64,000 nt of DNA from contig JAANOX010000093.1 of the NCBI GenBank assembly GCA_020184695.1, positions 79,370 to 143,369 of the forward strand, written 5' to 3'. Position numbers and translations under genes: made by a program. Positions 43,401 through 53,680 of this stretch are shown one piece after another. The notes beneath the pieces were generated by a model, which had not been told where the DNA came from, made no database searches, and saw only the letters and a program-made list of their open reading frames with translations. How positions within the stretch are numbered: position 1 is the stretch's first letter; each line of letters begins with the position of its first letter. Source of the DNA: Histomonas meleagridis 2922-C6/04-290x (taxonomy: Eukaryota; Protista; Parabasalia).

Positions 43401-45422
43401 GAAAATCCAAATACATTTAATTCAATTAAAACAGTTAAAGATAATAATGTTTTACTTGATATGATTTATAATAAAGCAGAAAACTTTAGAAAAGAAGGAA
43501 CATCAATATTAAAGTCAATTAAAAGTAAAGATAAAACTACACAAGAAATACTTATTAAGACACTTCGTAATATGGGTAAATATTCATTTGAAGGTTCAGC
43601 AATTGCATTTCATTCTTTAGATATTGCAGGTTTACAAGAAACAATTAATAGTAAATCTTCAATTCGTGCATTTGTTAAAATCCTTTCAACATTTTCTAAG
43701 TTTTCACCTATCGTACGTAAATTATTATCTGATAAAGAAGAAAATATTGGAATGGACTTAAGAAAGATGATACGTAAAATGGCCAAACAATTCGATGCAT
43801 TAATCAATCTTGTCGAATCACCTCAAAAACCAAACGATGAATTATCAGAATTTGATAAACTTCGTTTAAAGATGTTATCTGATTTAGTTAATATTTCATA
43901 TTCAATTGATGGATTAAATTGTTTAGCTACAAATGCAATTGTACCTGAAATGTATGAAGAAGAGAAAAATATAATTCTCGAAGAACTTAAAAAACATCGA
44001 AGTGAATTTGAAGCATCTTCTAAAGAAGTAATTGATAGAGCTGTCTGTGAAACCAAAGATGAATTCCAAGAATTAATTAATCAATTTTACACAGAATTAG
44101 ACGTATTAAATGAAAAAGCAAATAATGTTAACTTCCTTGATGAATTCCCAGCTCAACCAGTATTAGATGAAAGTGAAAAAGTTTGTTCATTAATATCTAA
44201 AATTACTAAAGTTGCACAATCACTTATCGATCATATTATCATTCAACCAGATCCAACGTCAGCAGCATTATTGCCAGATGATTTCATAATACCAGAACCA
44301 CCTGAAACAGCACCATCATTACAAGAGGCATTTGATTTATTAAAACAAGCATATGCGAAGATGAATGGCGATATTAAAACATTCGAAAATGGAATAGCTG
44401 ATCCATATGCATTAAGTGAAACATTATTAAGTTGTATTAATACATTAAAACTTAATTCTGATGATTTCGTCGGTACAGCATTAACAGTATCAGTAGCAAC
44501 TAAAGACCCATTAAAACAAGTCGAACAACATACAGCTATACATGCATTTTCTAATGCATTTAATGCTGTACGTGATGCATTACGTTCGAGGTTAATGCGT
44601 GCATCAGAATTTGGCGAAGAAATGGATGATGCATTAGCAAATATGAGAGCATGTCTTGAAAGAGTTATGGAAATAGCAGAGGAATCATTACGTAGTGAAC
44701 AAGAAGCACTTCTACAACAACAAAATCAAGCTGAAGAAGACGATTCAAATGATGATGAAGTTACACGTGCATTAAAGAGCACTGCAAACTCAATCCAAGA
44801 AATGACTGATAGACTTAAACAATTCAGTGAACAAATAGATAGCAGTGTGGATATGTCCAATATCGATATAGATAATATTGATGCTGATTCATTACCTGCT
44901 TATGTTATATCTGAAGCTAATCCAATTCTTGAAGCTACAAGGAAAATCGTTATCAGAGCACAAGAAATTACTGCTGAAAGAGTTGCTAACTTCGGAAGGA
45001 TTCAAAACGAAGGTTTACTCATTAATTCTGCACGTGATTTATCTGAAGCTGCTGCATTGCTAATTATTTCCGCTGAAATTTTAATTGCTGGCGAAGATAA
45101 AGAGGCTAATTGGAAGGTGATCTCTGCTGCAAGAATAGTAAAGGCTTCAGTGAGTGGTCTCGTTGCTCAAGTGCTTGTGGATGGTGGTGATCCAGAAAAT
45201 ATTATGCAACAACAAATTAAAGTGGTACAAATCCATACTGATAATATCGTTAAAAGAGCGTTGATGATAATTAAGGATAAAATGGACGCTGAAGAAGCAC
45301 AAATTAAGCAAAGTCCTTCGCTAATGATTAGAAAGCTGAACCTGCAAAATAGAATTAATAACGTAAGAAAGGAATTGGAGAGTGAAGAAAAGGTTTTGTA
45401 CCAGTTCAGAAAGAGATTTTAA
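40428..45422 (+). CDS. Talin/Sla2-like actin-binding protein with C-terminal I/LWEQ (THATCH) domain (1664 aa)
   Basis: All-helical rod. The C-terminal blocks ILEATRKIV, NEGLLINSARDL, KVISAARIVKASVSGLVA and QNRINNVRKELE..LYQFRK follow the I/LWEQ four-block pattern. Confidence 0.8.
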   Translation: MSGFENFATCISRYKIKELSEIIPEEKVSSILDLSGFYIQRTKIHLQRLLPVLQMIHELIPKVVEGPQTMISSYYKRITCLAGNLKNSAAEQDKLLPPELACFGIVSEAFGYLGQFHEYIPKLISQSESTKMASYVPALLESLETVSATFKKALDLIPKCEQYSMEKSPKVDLTQHPYAHTAAAIINITENSVVDFNFLLQNDSIQSSPQHQQLLQMWAGFLFQFTDAVFSQALQDSSTINAVLSTLSAITPNLISTVASIQSFAESSDELASIAVNAIILTNLLNVIESAESMASVKSIITKALSAYSNTEDMNTYSEDLNKMLDSFTKSANSFDPLIVKTAQATISDKIKNGKENPKLAAISAFQIVRSFLQTTSDSETSEFLLIQTAIFENQIVRSLLQRSHQISKGIKQLYESNLIEFNEQALGQINYFTTILLSIPDISTDDPNYQILVKCIAGCITSIPIALGSLKEECANEELQKTIDEYIKLSEEISDEFLKLSHELIMCIMTVVIMRASVASTTLSFLKMSNIKLPDEINEISNTLRLLLKEIPQLLLCDLQKAMSIKDCLVQLSLSIGSFRESLKSISSDSPLIKIAESSISIFTKPIPSLTSSLNLYLDFQRSDTFVSALVGLISASYKNIQNSPHEIEQKPESTIDKLATSFSQLATAFGMAEKAGQEGESVSSISQAAKQTMDSIWKLCVDLANGNPVDIAQLKQYLQVLNDVLSNVVNSHKLRMPSIECDMPEEIKQLKKYEAIANSLAPPLKDVATDLLKKHKKMDDPFSKDILKNWFETVNEEFDANSAPDEFAKSISDMLRNDSPTQDQINAFMKDFSKMSVAIFNEHYGEPYDSMIRKCHDDIIDLIQKFYKSGFKDKSALLEMYAKLQQIIAIKKLLLLSENERNELYKQDLERLLKYLHTVRSKTTDSTYDEIGETLRLLKEVEMLLFMNGTKAEELEKMLSDLYKTLTNKEFNFDIITEAIRSFTEKHLLENPNTFNSIKTVKDNNVLLDMIYNKAENFRKEGTSILKSIKSKDKTTQEILIKTLRNMGKYSFEGSAIAFHSLDIAGLQETINSKSSIRAFVKILSTFSKFSPIVRKLLSDKEENIGMDLRKMIRKMAKQFDALINLVESPQKPNDELSEFDKLRLKMLSDLVNISYSIDGLNCLATNAIVPEMYEEEKNIILEELKKHRSEFEASSKEVIDRAVCETKDEFQELINQFYTELDVLNEKANNVNFLDEFPAQPVLDESEKVCSLISKITKVAQSLIDHIIIQPDPTSAALLPDDFIIPEPPETAPSLQEAFDLLKQAYAKMNGDIKTFENGIADPYALSETLLSCINTLKLNSDDFVGTALTVSVATKDPLKQVEQHTAIHAFSNAFNAVRDALRSRLMRASEFGEEMDDALANMRACLERVMEIAEESLRSEQEALLQQQNQAEEDDSNDDEVTRALKSTANSIQEMTDRLKQFSEQIDSSVDMSNIDIDNIDADSLPAYVISEANPILEATRKIVIRAQEITAERVANFGRIQNEGLLINSARDLSEAAALLIISAEILIAGEDKEANWKVISAARIVKASVSGLVAQVLVDGGDPENIMQQQIKVVQIHTDNIVKRALMIIKDKMDAEEAQIKQSPSLMIRKLNLQNRINNVRKELESEEKVLYQFRKRF

Positions 45423-45767
45423 GTAAAATCATGACTCCGATTTCTTGATTAATTTTTTAAGAATAAATACTCAATTTAAATGTTGTTAAATTTACTGATT
45501 ATGTCTAGACATTTGGAGATTTTTGGATTGAAGCATTGACACTTGTAAATTAAAGAGAAATTTATAATTTTTTGTAAAACATTTCATATTGTATTGTTAC
45601 AAAAATTGCTGATTAAAAATATCTTTTGTGTATGTTGGCATCGTATAACTAAATTAATTTATAAAGTAAAACAAAAGAAATATCTTAAAAAAATTAACTA
45701 AAAAAAACATTAATATTTATATATAATTTATAACATTTTATAAAATTTCTATTTTTATTACAAAAAA

Positions 45768-46571
45768 TTATTCCGGTGAAAATTGGAAATTGTCACAAAA
45801 GAACGCATCTGGATTGAACACATCTTCATCGTTTGTAAATGAAGAAACTGATGTCGACGTTGATGTTGAGTTAGAGATGGATCTGTTGCAAGCAGGTGAA
45901 CCTGCAATTGCATATTTCAGACGATGTATTTGTACAAAGAGATCTGAACGACGAACAAGTTCATGAGATATACACATTTTGGTAATTGGAAGACCATTAT
46001 GCTTTGATAAACAAAGAAACCAACTAAGTTCTTCAACGGTTGCACCTTCAGGAAAAAAGTTGAATGCAAAAACTAGAGCTTGTTCAATATTATCAAATTC
46101 GGATGCAACAGGTTGTGGTTGATTACTAAACCAAATGCACCCAGAAGGAAGCTGAGTAAATTCATTGGAGTGAACAGCAAGAACACGCTCAATAATAGTA
46201 ACATCTGCTCCTGGCAAATTTATAGCTGATACAAGTTGCTCAAGTGAAAGCGGTCCAGATTGTGAAAGCAATTGTTCAACGGTGACTGCAATTGCAGCAT
46301 CACATTGAAATAACGGATTATTTGGCCGAAGAGCCCATGTCTTATTATGTGAATTACCTGCTCGAACGAATAAATCAGAGGAGTCTAGTGCATTTGCGAT
46401 CATTCTTTTTGTTAAGGTTTTTGCTGGAATTGTCTCTTTTTTTAATGTCTGGAATGTAAAATTGTTATCTTGAATAAATAAAAATATTCGATCAACACTT
46501 AGTAACGATGTCTGAAGTTGCTGAAAAATATTTAAAATGAGCAAAGGAAGAGACTCAAAAGTCTTCTCCAT
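45768..46571 (-). CDS. Hypothetical protein with three winged-helix-like repeats; paralogue of 24400-25371
   Basis: SSDLFVRAG, GPLSLEQLV, FPEGATVEELSWFLCLS and ELVRRSDLF align with the 24.4-kb gene; ends DEDVFNPDAFFCDNFQFSPE. Confidence 0.8.
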   Translation of the reverse strand: MEKTFESLPLLILNIFQQLQTSLLSVDRIFLFIQDNNFTFQTLKKETIPAKTLTKRMIANALDSSDLFVRAGNSHNKTWALRPNNPLFQCDAAIAVTVEQLLSQSGPLSLEQLVSAINLPGADVTIIERVLAVHSNEFTQLPSGCIWFSNQPQPVASEFDNIEQALVFAFNFFPEGATVEELSWFLCLSKHNGLPITKMCISHELVRRSDLFVQIHRLKYAIAGSPACNRSISNSTSTSTSVSSFTNDEDVFNPDAFFCDNFQFSPE

Positions 46572-47501
46572 TGTCAAATTTGTTCTTTTGTATTGAACGA
46601 CTTTATTCAAAATTTAACTTGAGGCATAAAAATACAAATAATTTCATTGAATAAAATAATATCATAAAAAATATGTTATATTTAAATTTAATGTCATCAT
46701 GCATATATAATAAACATTGTTATGCTTAAAAAATTGAGTTATATATGAGACAATTATTGTTATCATGATTCAATACTATTCAAATTTGAAAAGGCGATTC
46801 TGGTGTAAACTATAACGAAAACAAAAATCCAAAATTTACAGGTCTATATACGTGTAAATGGACATAAAGGAGATAACATTTAAATTTTGATTCCTGCATT
46901 TTATGATGATGAATTATTGATCATTTTATTTACTAATATATGAAATTCATATGATATAATCTGACAGAAAAATTTAATAATCATAGATATACAATATACT
47001 TATTTCCTAATTCCGAAAATTTAAAAGTAATATTCAAAATAATGAAAAAATTGATATTATGATATATTTTATAAATACTAAAATTGTGATAATATATTGA
47101 TAAATAAACTGTAATCAAGAGTACCAATGCATTTATTCCATGATTCAAATAGTCGAAAAAGTCAAATCAATCGCACCAATCTTCGACAACAATAACAATC
47201 GAAGTACTAATACTTCACCAAATCGTAATCTTATGCAGAATAGAATTAATAACAGAGTTAATCAAGTGATCAAACAAATGTTTTCATTGTTTCAAGAGAA
47301 GATATGAATCTATGTAAAAGAGAAACAGCTGCAATCGAATCTTCAACAATTGAAATGTTAAGTCACATTTATGATTTCATATAAGAAATTATCATCCGAT
47401 TTTTAATAAAATTATTGTTTGAGAAGAACATATAAATAAGAAACATGATAAAAATTAAATAGAAAAAAGCAGATAATAAAAAATATTCTTTTAGTCAAAG
47501 C

Positions 47502-50500
47502 CTAATTAAAGAACCCTCCATGTTTCCTTTTCATATGAGTATAACAATCTTTTCCTGTTTTAAAAGGTCCTGCGCCACATTTATAACACCAATGCGCTCC
47601 ACATACACATGTAATATGATTACAGCCCGTAATTTTCTCAGTTGGATAACCACATTGTGGACATCTTTTTCCTTTCCATTGAAATATATTACATTTATCT
47701 TTTTGATGCCATTCATTAGAATTCAAGCAAAAGCACATATTACAAGAAGGAATAACACAATTTATTTGTCCTTCTCTTGGCTTCTTTAATATTATTCTTG
47801 GATGGTAAGGACAAAATGTTTCAGTTTCAGGATGTACATGCAACGCTTGATAACATACTGCTGTAAGCCACGCTTTTCCTTTGTCAGCAGTCATAACATT
47901 TTTCGAGATAAGCCATAACAAATGCGCTAAAGGTACTTTTGGCCATGATTCTTCACCCTCATCATTATCATAAACTATAGATAATAAAGGAAGAAGATTA
48001 GTAACTGATTGAAGCTTTTCGAAATCAATTCCATTTTCTTCAACGAAGAAAGAATTTGTTGCATAACTTAATTGATCCAATGTACATTCCATACATAAAT
48101 ATTTAGTTTCAGGTTCTTTATCTTTATAAAATACTGTTATTGGTGAAGCAGATATTAATGGGGTATCACAATAATTAATACATCCAAAGACATCATCAGG
48201 AGTAAATTCTTCTTTGCTATAAAGTTTTAAGTATTTCGAAATACATTTGTTGATTTTATCTTCTTCAGTTACTTTCGCAATAATCGAATGAATTTGTTCA
48301 TCATATATCCAATTTTTATGATCTCGACAAATTTCTTCTATAGAACTACTTTCAATAATTGATGGAATTTGAAAGATTTTCTCTTTAAATGATATTGCTG
48401 TTTCTTTGTTATTTAAAATTTGATATGCTTTTGATACATCTTCTTTAGTACCATACCATTGACCTTCGCCATTCATTTTTATTGATGTAAGTTGATTCTT
48501 CTTAAGCCAACTATTTATTTTTCTTTGATATGGAGAGGTTTTTAATAAATTTGAAGATGCAATTGTTTTTGGTATATGAAATTGTACAATGTTTTCATTA
48601 CCAAAGATTTTCATTAGTTCATTAACAACTACAATTGCAAATTTTGAATCTAAAACAATACATTCGATATAACCTTTTCCAAATTTTTTCATTGGTGTAT
48701 ATTTTGTTTGATCAACTATTAGAAATGTAAATAATTTTAATACATTTTCGACATTTTTAACGAATTTCGTCATTCCCATTTGATTATTATTTGTATGAAT
48801 AATGCGTAATGTAACTGTTTGAATGAATTCAAATGACACGCTTTGAATTCCCCATTTTTTGTAATATTGTTGAATTTGATTTCCGATTTTCACAATGTTT
48901 TCTGGCGATGGATCAAGAATAGGATTATTTGTACTATATACATTATATCCAAAGCCTTGTTCTAATATTCCATTATATTTTTCTATATCTTCTTGGTTTT
49001 TAAATATATCATTGACTGTGTCAATTCTTTTTCCTCTTATCGTTTCAATGTTGGCTCTCATTTCAGCAATTTTTTGAAGCATTTCTTCTTCGCTTGATTC
49101 AAGTTTTTGAATTTTCTCTAACTTTTGATTAATTTTATTACAATGCGCTTCAATTTCTATCTTCTTCATTTCATCAGTTTCGATCTCATTCATTTCTTTT
49201 AAACGTTCAAGTCTTAATAATAATGATTCTTTTTGATTTATCACTTTTTTGTTTTTCTCATATGTAGAAATACATGTATTTAAATTATATTTGAGATCTC
49301 TATAGTCTTTTAGAGTGAAATAAGTTGGTCCAGTTCCACATTTAATTGAACTAACTGGTAATTTTTGTTTAGGGGAAAGAGAATAAAAATGTGTTTCGTT
49401 TTCATAGAGTGCATCAATTACTTGTTTTATAGTTGAATGATATCTATTACTAAAATTATTTGGAAGTGTTCCAGAAAGTGTGATTTGTGGTGTATTTTTG
49501 ATGATAAAGAAATCATGTATATGCTCGCATTTTATGATTTGTTGGTCAAATGAATTAGCAATGTTAACATTTGTTTGGATTTCATCATCTTCATTAGATA
49601 ATTCCCAATTACATTCATTTATAAATATTGGATCAGTTTCTTCATCTCGATCAATTAATAAAACAAGTCGACTTTTATCTTTATTATGTTTTGCAAATAC
49701 ATATGGACAATTTGTTGTAGTGGAGATTGAATTTATATCACTTTCTTCATTTGCTTCATCAAGAGAAAATGAAAGTGCTTCACCAGTAATAGCTATACGA
49801 AAGAGATTATTATTATTTCTTAAAAAATTAATCTTATGCTCAAATAAATACTCAATGATTTCTTTTGTAAGGTTATAACATTGTGGAACTTTATTTTTGT
49901 TATTTAATAAGAAGAGATTTGTATAATAACTTGAAGACCCATTAACAAAAATTTCTATACAACATTTTGGATTTAGATTTTTGACAATAATTGATTTGGG
50001 AGTAAATGGAAGAAGAGCTTCTGAAATTTTAATAGCTTTTTCTATTCTTTCAATTGAGACATTTTCTTTAGTTGGTGTAGGAATGAAAGAATGAATCACT
50101 TTATTACCCCATTTCGATGAATGAATTTTTAATGCATCATTTGAAAGACTTTCTTCGTTATATTTCCATATAGGAAGTAAAATCTTTTCTTCGAAGCATT
50201 TCTCAAGTTGAATATTTAAAAGAGCCGAAAAGAAATCAGATTCAGTAAAAAGTGGAGATTCCAAACAGACCGGCTCAATTTTTTGAATGCTATCGTTTTG
50301 TTCAAAATTGAACAAAGTTGGGAAAATTCCAATGTTTACACCAGGCTCGATTGAAGTTGACAACAAAAAGAAAGCCGAAGTTGGAACTTCGAGACCTTTT
50401 TGTCCTAGCCTTTTGTTAAGGTGAATGAAACTCCCTTCTACTGTTTTGTATACAAACGTAAGATTGTTCAACGCATTGGTAACAGAAACTAAAACTCCGA

Positions 50501-51356
50501 AATGAGACCTTTGGAGATCATTGTTTCTTTTTAAAGCGGAGGTAATCATGTTATGAACGAACTCAAGTATGTTAATCTCTTTGATGTAAATAATAAGTCT
50601 TCTCCAAGAGTTAATCTCATCTTCTTCTTTGAACAAACGAAGGATTTTTCCAATGATTTTTTTTGAAATGTTGAAATCAAATCCATTTCCCTCCCATTTG
50701 TCAGGTGAATTATACTCGTTTGTTTCAATTATCTCAAGAAATGAATATAAAATAGTGATAATATCCGATTCTTTGCAATAATTTCTAATAAAGGTCTCGG
50801 CTTCAGTGGAAATAAAAAGATTTTTTGAATTTTCTATCAAAAGAGAAATCAAATGAAGAAGTATTAGAGATAAATTTTTGTCTTTATAATCATTATTAAG
50901 GAACATATCAGAATGAAGTTGTTCAATGTTGTTTAATATGTTAATGTCTTTTTCATTGGGAGAAAAGCGTTTTTGTTTTCTTGATTTAATTTTAGAATCA
51001 CTATTTTTTTCTCTTGGTGGACGCTTTTCTTTTCCGGGTTTAGGGGATCGTATGTTTTCTTCTTTAGGGAGACGAAACCTTTTTGAAGTTTTTGCGTTGT
51101 TTGTAGGATTTTCCTCATTTAATGTATTCTTTCCTGAATCTTTTTCTGTAGAATCTTGGAAATCATCTCCAATTTCGTTTTTCTGTCTTTTAATTCTTGG
51201 ACCATTTCTTTCTTTAGGTAATTTTGGTTCCTTATTTTGTCTTCTTTGATTCATATTCCTTCTACGATTAGATTGATTGTCATCTTTGCTCTCACTCTCC
51301 TTATCTGATTGATTACGGCGAGAGTTAGGCCGAGATTCATTTTTTCTTGGTTTCAT
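47502..51356 (-). CDS. RBR-type (RING1-IBR-RING2) E3 ubiquitin ligase-like protein (1284 aa)
   Basis: Basic low-complexity N-terminus. C-terminal CINYC..CMEC, IBR CPYH..CVIPSC..FCLNSNEWH..C, RING2 KRCPQCGYPTEKITGCNHITCVCGAHWCYKC, ending CYTHMKRKHGGFFN. Confidence 0.85.
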   Translation of the reverse strand: MKPRKNESRPNSRRNQSDKESESKDDNQSNRRRNMNQRRQNKEPKLPKERNGPRIKRQKNEIGDDFQDSTEKDSGKNTLNEENPTNNAKTSKRFRLPKEENIRSPKPGKEKRPPREKNSDSKIKSRKQKRFSPNEKDINILNNIEQLHSDMFLNNDYKDKNLSLILLHLISLLIENSKNLFISTEAETFIRNYCKESDIITILYSFLEIIETNEYNSPDKWEGNGFDFNISKKIIGKILRLFKEEDEINSWRRLIIYIKEINILEFVHNMITSALKRNNDLQRSHFGVLVSVTNALNNLTFVYKTVEGSFIHLNKRLGQKGLEVPTSAFFLLSTSIEPGVNIGIFPTLFNFEQNDSIQKIEPVCLESPLFTESDFFSALLNIQLEKCFEEKILLPIWKYNEESLSNDALKIHSSKWGNKVIHSFIPTPTKENVSIERIEKAIKISEALLPFTPKSIIVKNLNPKCCIEIFVNGSSSYYTNLFLLNNKNKVPQCYNLTKEIIEYLFEHKINFLRNNNNLFRIAITGEALSFSLDEANEESDINSISTTTNCPYVFAKHNKDKSRLVLLIDRDEETDPIFINECNWELSNEDDEIQTNVNIANSFDQQIIKCEHIHDFFIIKNTPQITLSGTLPNNFSNRYHSTIKQVIDALYENETHFYSLSPKQKLPVSSIKCGTGPTYFTLKDYRDLKYNLNTCISTYEKNKKVINQKESLLLRLERLKEMNEIETDEMKKIEIEAHCNKINQKLEKIQKLESSEEEMLQKIAEMRANIETIRGKRIDTVNDIFKNQEDIEKYNGILEQGFGYNVYSTNNPILDPSPENIVKIGNQIQQYYKKWGIQSVSFEFIQTVTLRIIHTNNNQMGMTKFVKNVENVLKLFTFLIVDQTKYTPMKKFGKGYIECIVLDSKFAIVVVNELMKIFGNENIVQFHIPKTIASSNLLKTSPYQRKINSWLKKNQLTSIKMNGEGQWYGTKEDVSKAYQILNNKETAISFKEKIFQIPSIIESSSIEEICRDHKNWIYDEQIHSIIAKVTEEDKINKCISKYLKLYSKEEFTPDDVFGCINYCDTPLISASPITVFYKDKEPETKYLCMECTLDQLSYATNSFFVEENGIDFEKLQSVTNLLPLLSIVYDNDEGEESWPKVPLAHLLWLISKNVMTADKGKAWLTAVCYQALHVHPETETFCPYHPRIILKKPREGQINCVIPSCNMCFCLNSNEWHQKDKCNIFQWKGKRCPQCGYPTEKITGCNHITCVCGAHWCYKCGAGPFKTGKDCYTHMKRKHGGFFN

Positions 51357-51959
51357 ATTGAAAATTTGTCAAGTTCGTTATAAAGTCACTCTTAAGAAAG
51401 AGAGATCCTAAGAACTTTCATCTAATTTATACCGTGTTGTTGTTGCAGATTTCGAAATAAAAAGAAAAATTGATATATATATCCTAGATTTTCTCACGAA
51501 ATCAAATTTAAAACATAAGATGATCAAATTCTACTATGGAATTAATACCAAAAGGGTGGTTCAAAATATGTAGCTTTCCAATTTCTTACAACGTCAATCC
51601 CCAGAAAATAAAACTTGATTTTTTTTTAAATTCTTTTTTATTTTAACAAATTTTGACTCAGTTTGTGAAGTTAATATTTAACTTATGTTGAGTTTTACTG
51701 TTGTTTTCCATCACATTTGAAATATAATAAATTTCATACTAACCCGTAACACAACAATGGTGTTTGTATCAATTATTTTTTCTGTTTCAGATAATCAAAA
51801 AAAGTTTTAAAACAGTCAATTTTCTGCATCTATGTATATTAAATGTAGGCCCTACATGCGTAATATTTGTATTTCATACATCAGATAGTAAGCATTTTTA
51901 TATGTTCTATATTCGATGGAAATCCACTAATATAAATAGTGAAGAAGGATTTGAACGAG

Positions 51960-52709
51960 TTAAAAATTAAATCAAAGTATATTCAAACAATTAGTGAAAT
52001 GATTACCAAAATAAAAGAAGATCAGACAGAATCGATTACAAATATTATATAAGCAAAACATTTTGATTATTCAACAATAGATACACTTAATTATATTAAG
52101 CTTGATAATATTTGATAAAAATTTTGATGAAATTATAAAACACTCAGAAAATCAAGTTGAAGCAGTATCTACGTTTCTTAAATTTCTTATAACAAGTGGA
52201 AAATATTGTAAAGAACATGAAATTAACTTAATTAAATCGATTTTTGCATATTAGATTAAAAACTTTAATGAGATGCATATGAATATTATTGTAGGAAATC
52301 CAAATGAAATTATTAAATATCATATAATTGTGGAAATGATCATAGAACCAATCTTGATGATGATGCCAATTTCACCAAATGAATTTCAAAATTTGTGATA
52401 TTTTTATCAAAAATTTTCCACAAGAGCACCAGAAAATAAACAAAAAAAAAAATCACAAATTCATCAGGTAACAATTTCCAAATTTATATAAAGACATTGC
52501 CTTTCCAGTCAATGTCTTTAGGTGTATTAAATATGGATAGAATAGAAGATGTAAATAAGAAAATCCAAGATATAGAAGGAGTACCACCAGATCAACGAAG
52601 ATTAATATATGCAGGAAAGAAACTGGAAGATAGAAATGCATTAGTACAATATAATGTAGCAAATAATGCTACTTTACACTTAGTTTTTAGGTTAAGTGGA
52701 AGTATATAA
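51960..52709 (+). pseudogene. Degraded gene ending in a ubiquitin-like domain
   Basis: FQIYIKTL...[40 protein letters not shown] at about 52470-52709, with no di-Gly. The upstream frame contains several stops. Confidence 0.65.
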
Positions 52710-53010
52710 TAATTTCGATTTTAATATTTTTTAAAATTATTATTCAAACTTTCTTTAAACAATTATAACTGAAATATGCTTCAAAATTGATTGTCTTTGC
52801 CATTCTATTACACTGTATAATACATTAAAAGATTAATATTAATCATTACATATAATTTCCATGATTTAATAGATCATTAATATTACTACGATTTTGTTTA
52901 TTATCTTTTTTATTATATTTAAATATTAAATCGAACATTATTATGTGATATAGAGTACATACGAAAACATTATATACAACTTATACGGTGAATGAACGCA
53001 TTACAATACA

Positions 53011-53680
53011 CTCCCCCCCCCCCCCACACCCACACACCACTTACCACAGTATCCACATTTAACACCCACACTCCCCCCCCACACCACTTACCACAGTATC
53101 CACATGTACCACCCACACTTCCCCCCACACCCACACACCACTTCCCACAGTATCCACATTTAACACCCACACTCCCCCCCCCACACACACCCCACAGTAT
53201 CCACACGTACCACCCACCCACACGTACCACCCACCCACACACGTACCACCCACCCACACGTACCACCCACCCACACACGTACCACCCACCCACACCTACC
53301 ACCCACACACACGTACCACCCACCCACACGTACCACCCACCCACACAGTACCACCCACACACACGTACCACCCACCCACACTCCCCCCCCACCCACACGT
53401 ACCACCCACACACGTACCACCCACCCACACAGTACCACCCACCCACACGTACCACCCACACACGTACCACCCACACACCTACCACCCACCCACACGTACC
53501 ACCCACCCACACGTACCACCCACCCACACGTACCACCCACCCACACGTACCACCCACCCACACGTACCACCCACCCACACTTACCACCCACACACAAGCA
53601 CCACCCACCCACACGTACCACCCACCCACACGTACCACCCACCCACACGTACCACCCACCCACACGTACCACCCACACAC
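53011..53680. repeat. Satellite proximal zone: C-run/CCACAGTATCCACA units, then 17-mer CACCCACCCACACGTAC variants
   Basis: Four copies of CCACAGTATCCACA in 53045-53206, followed by a tandem 17-mer-like unit. Confidence 0.85.
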
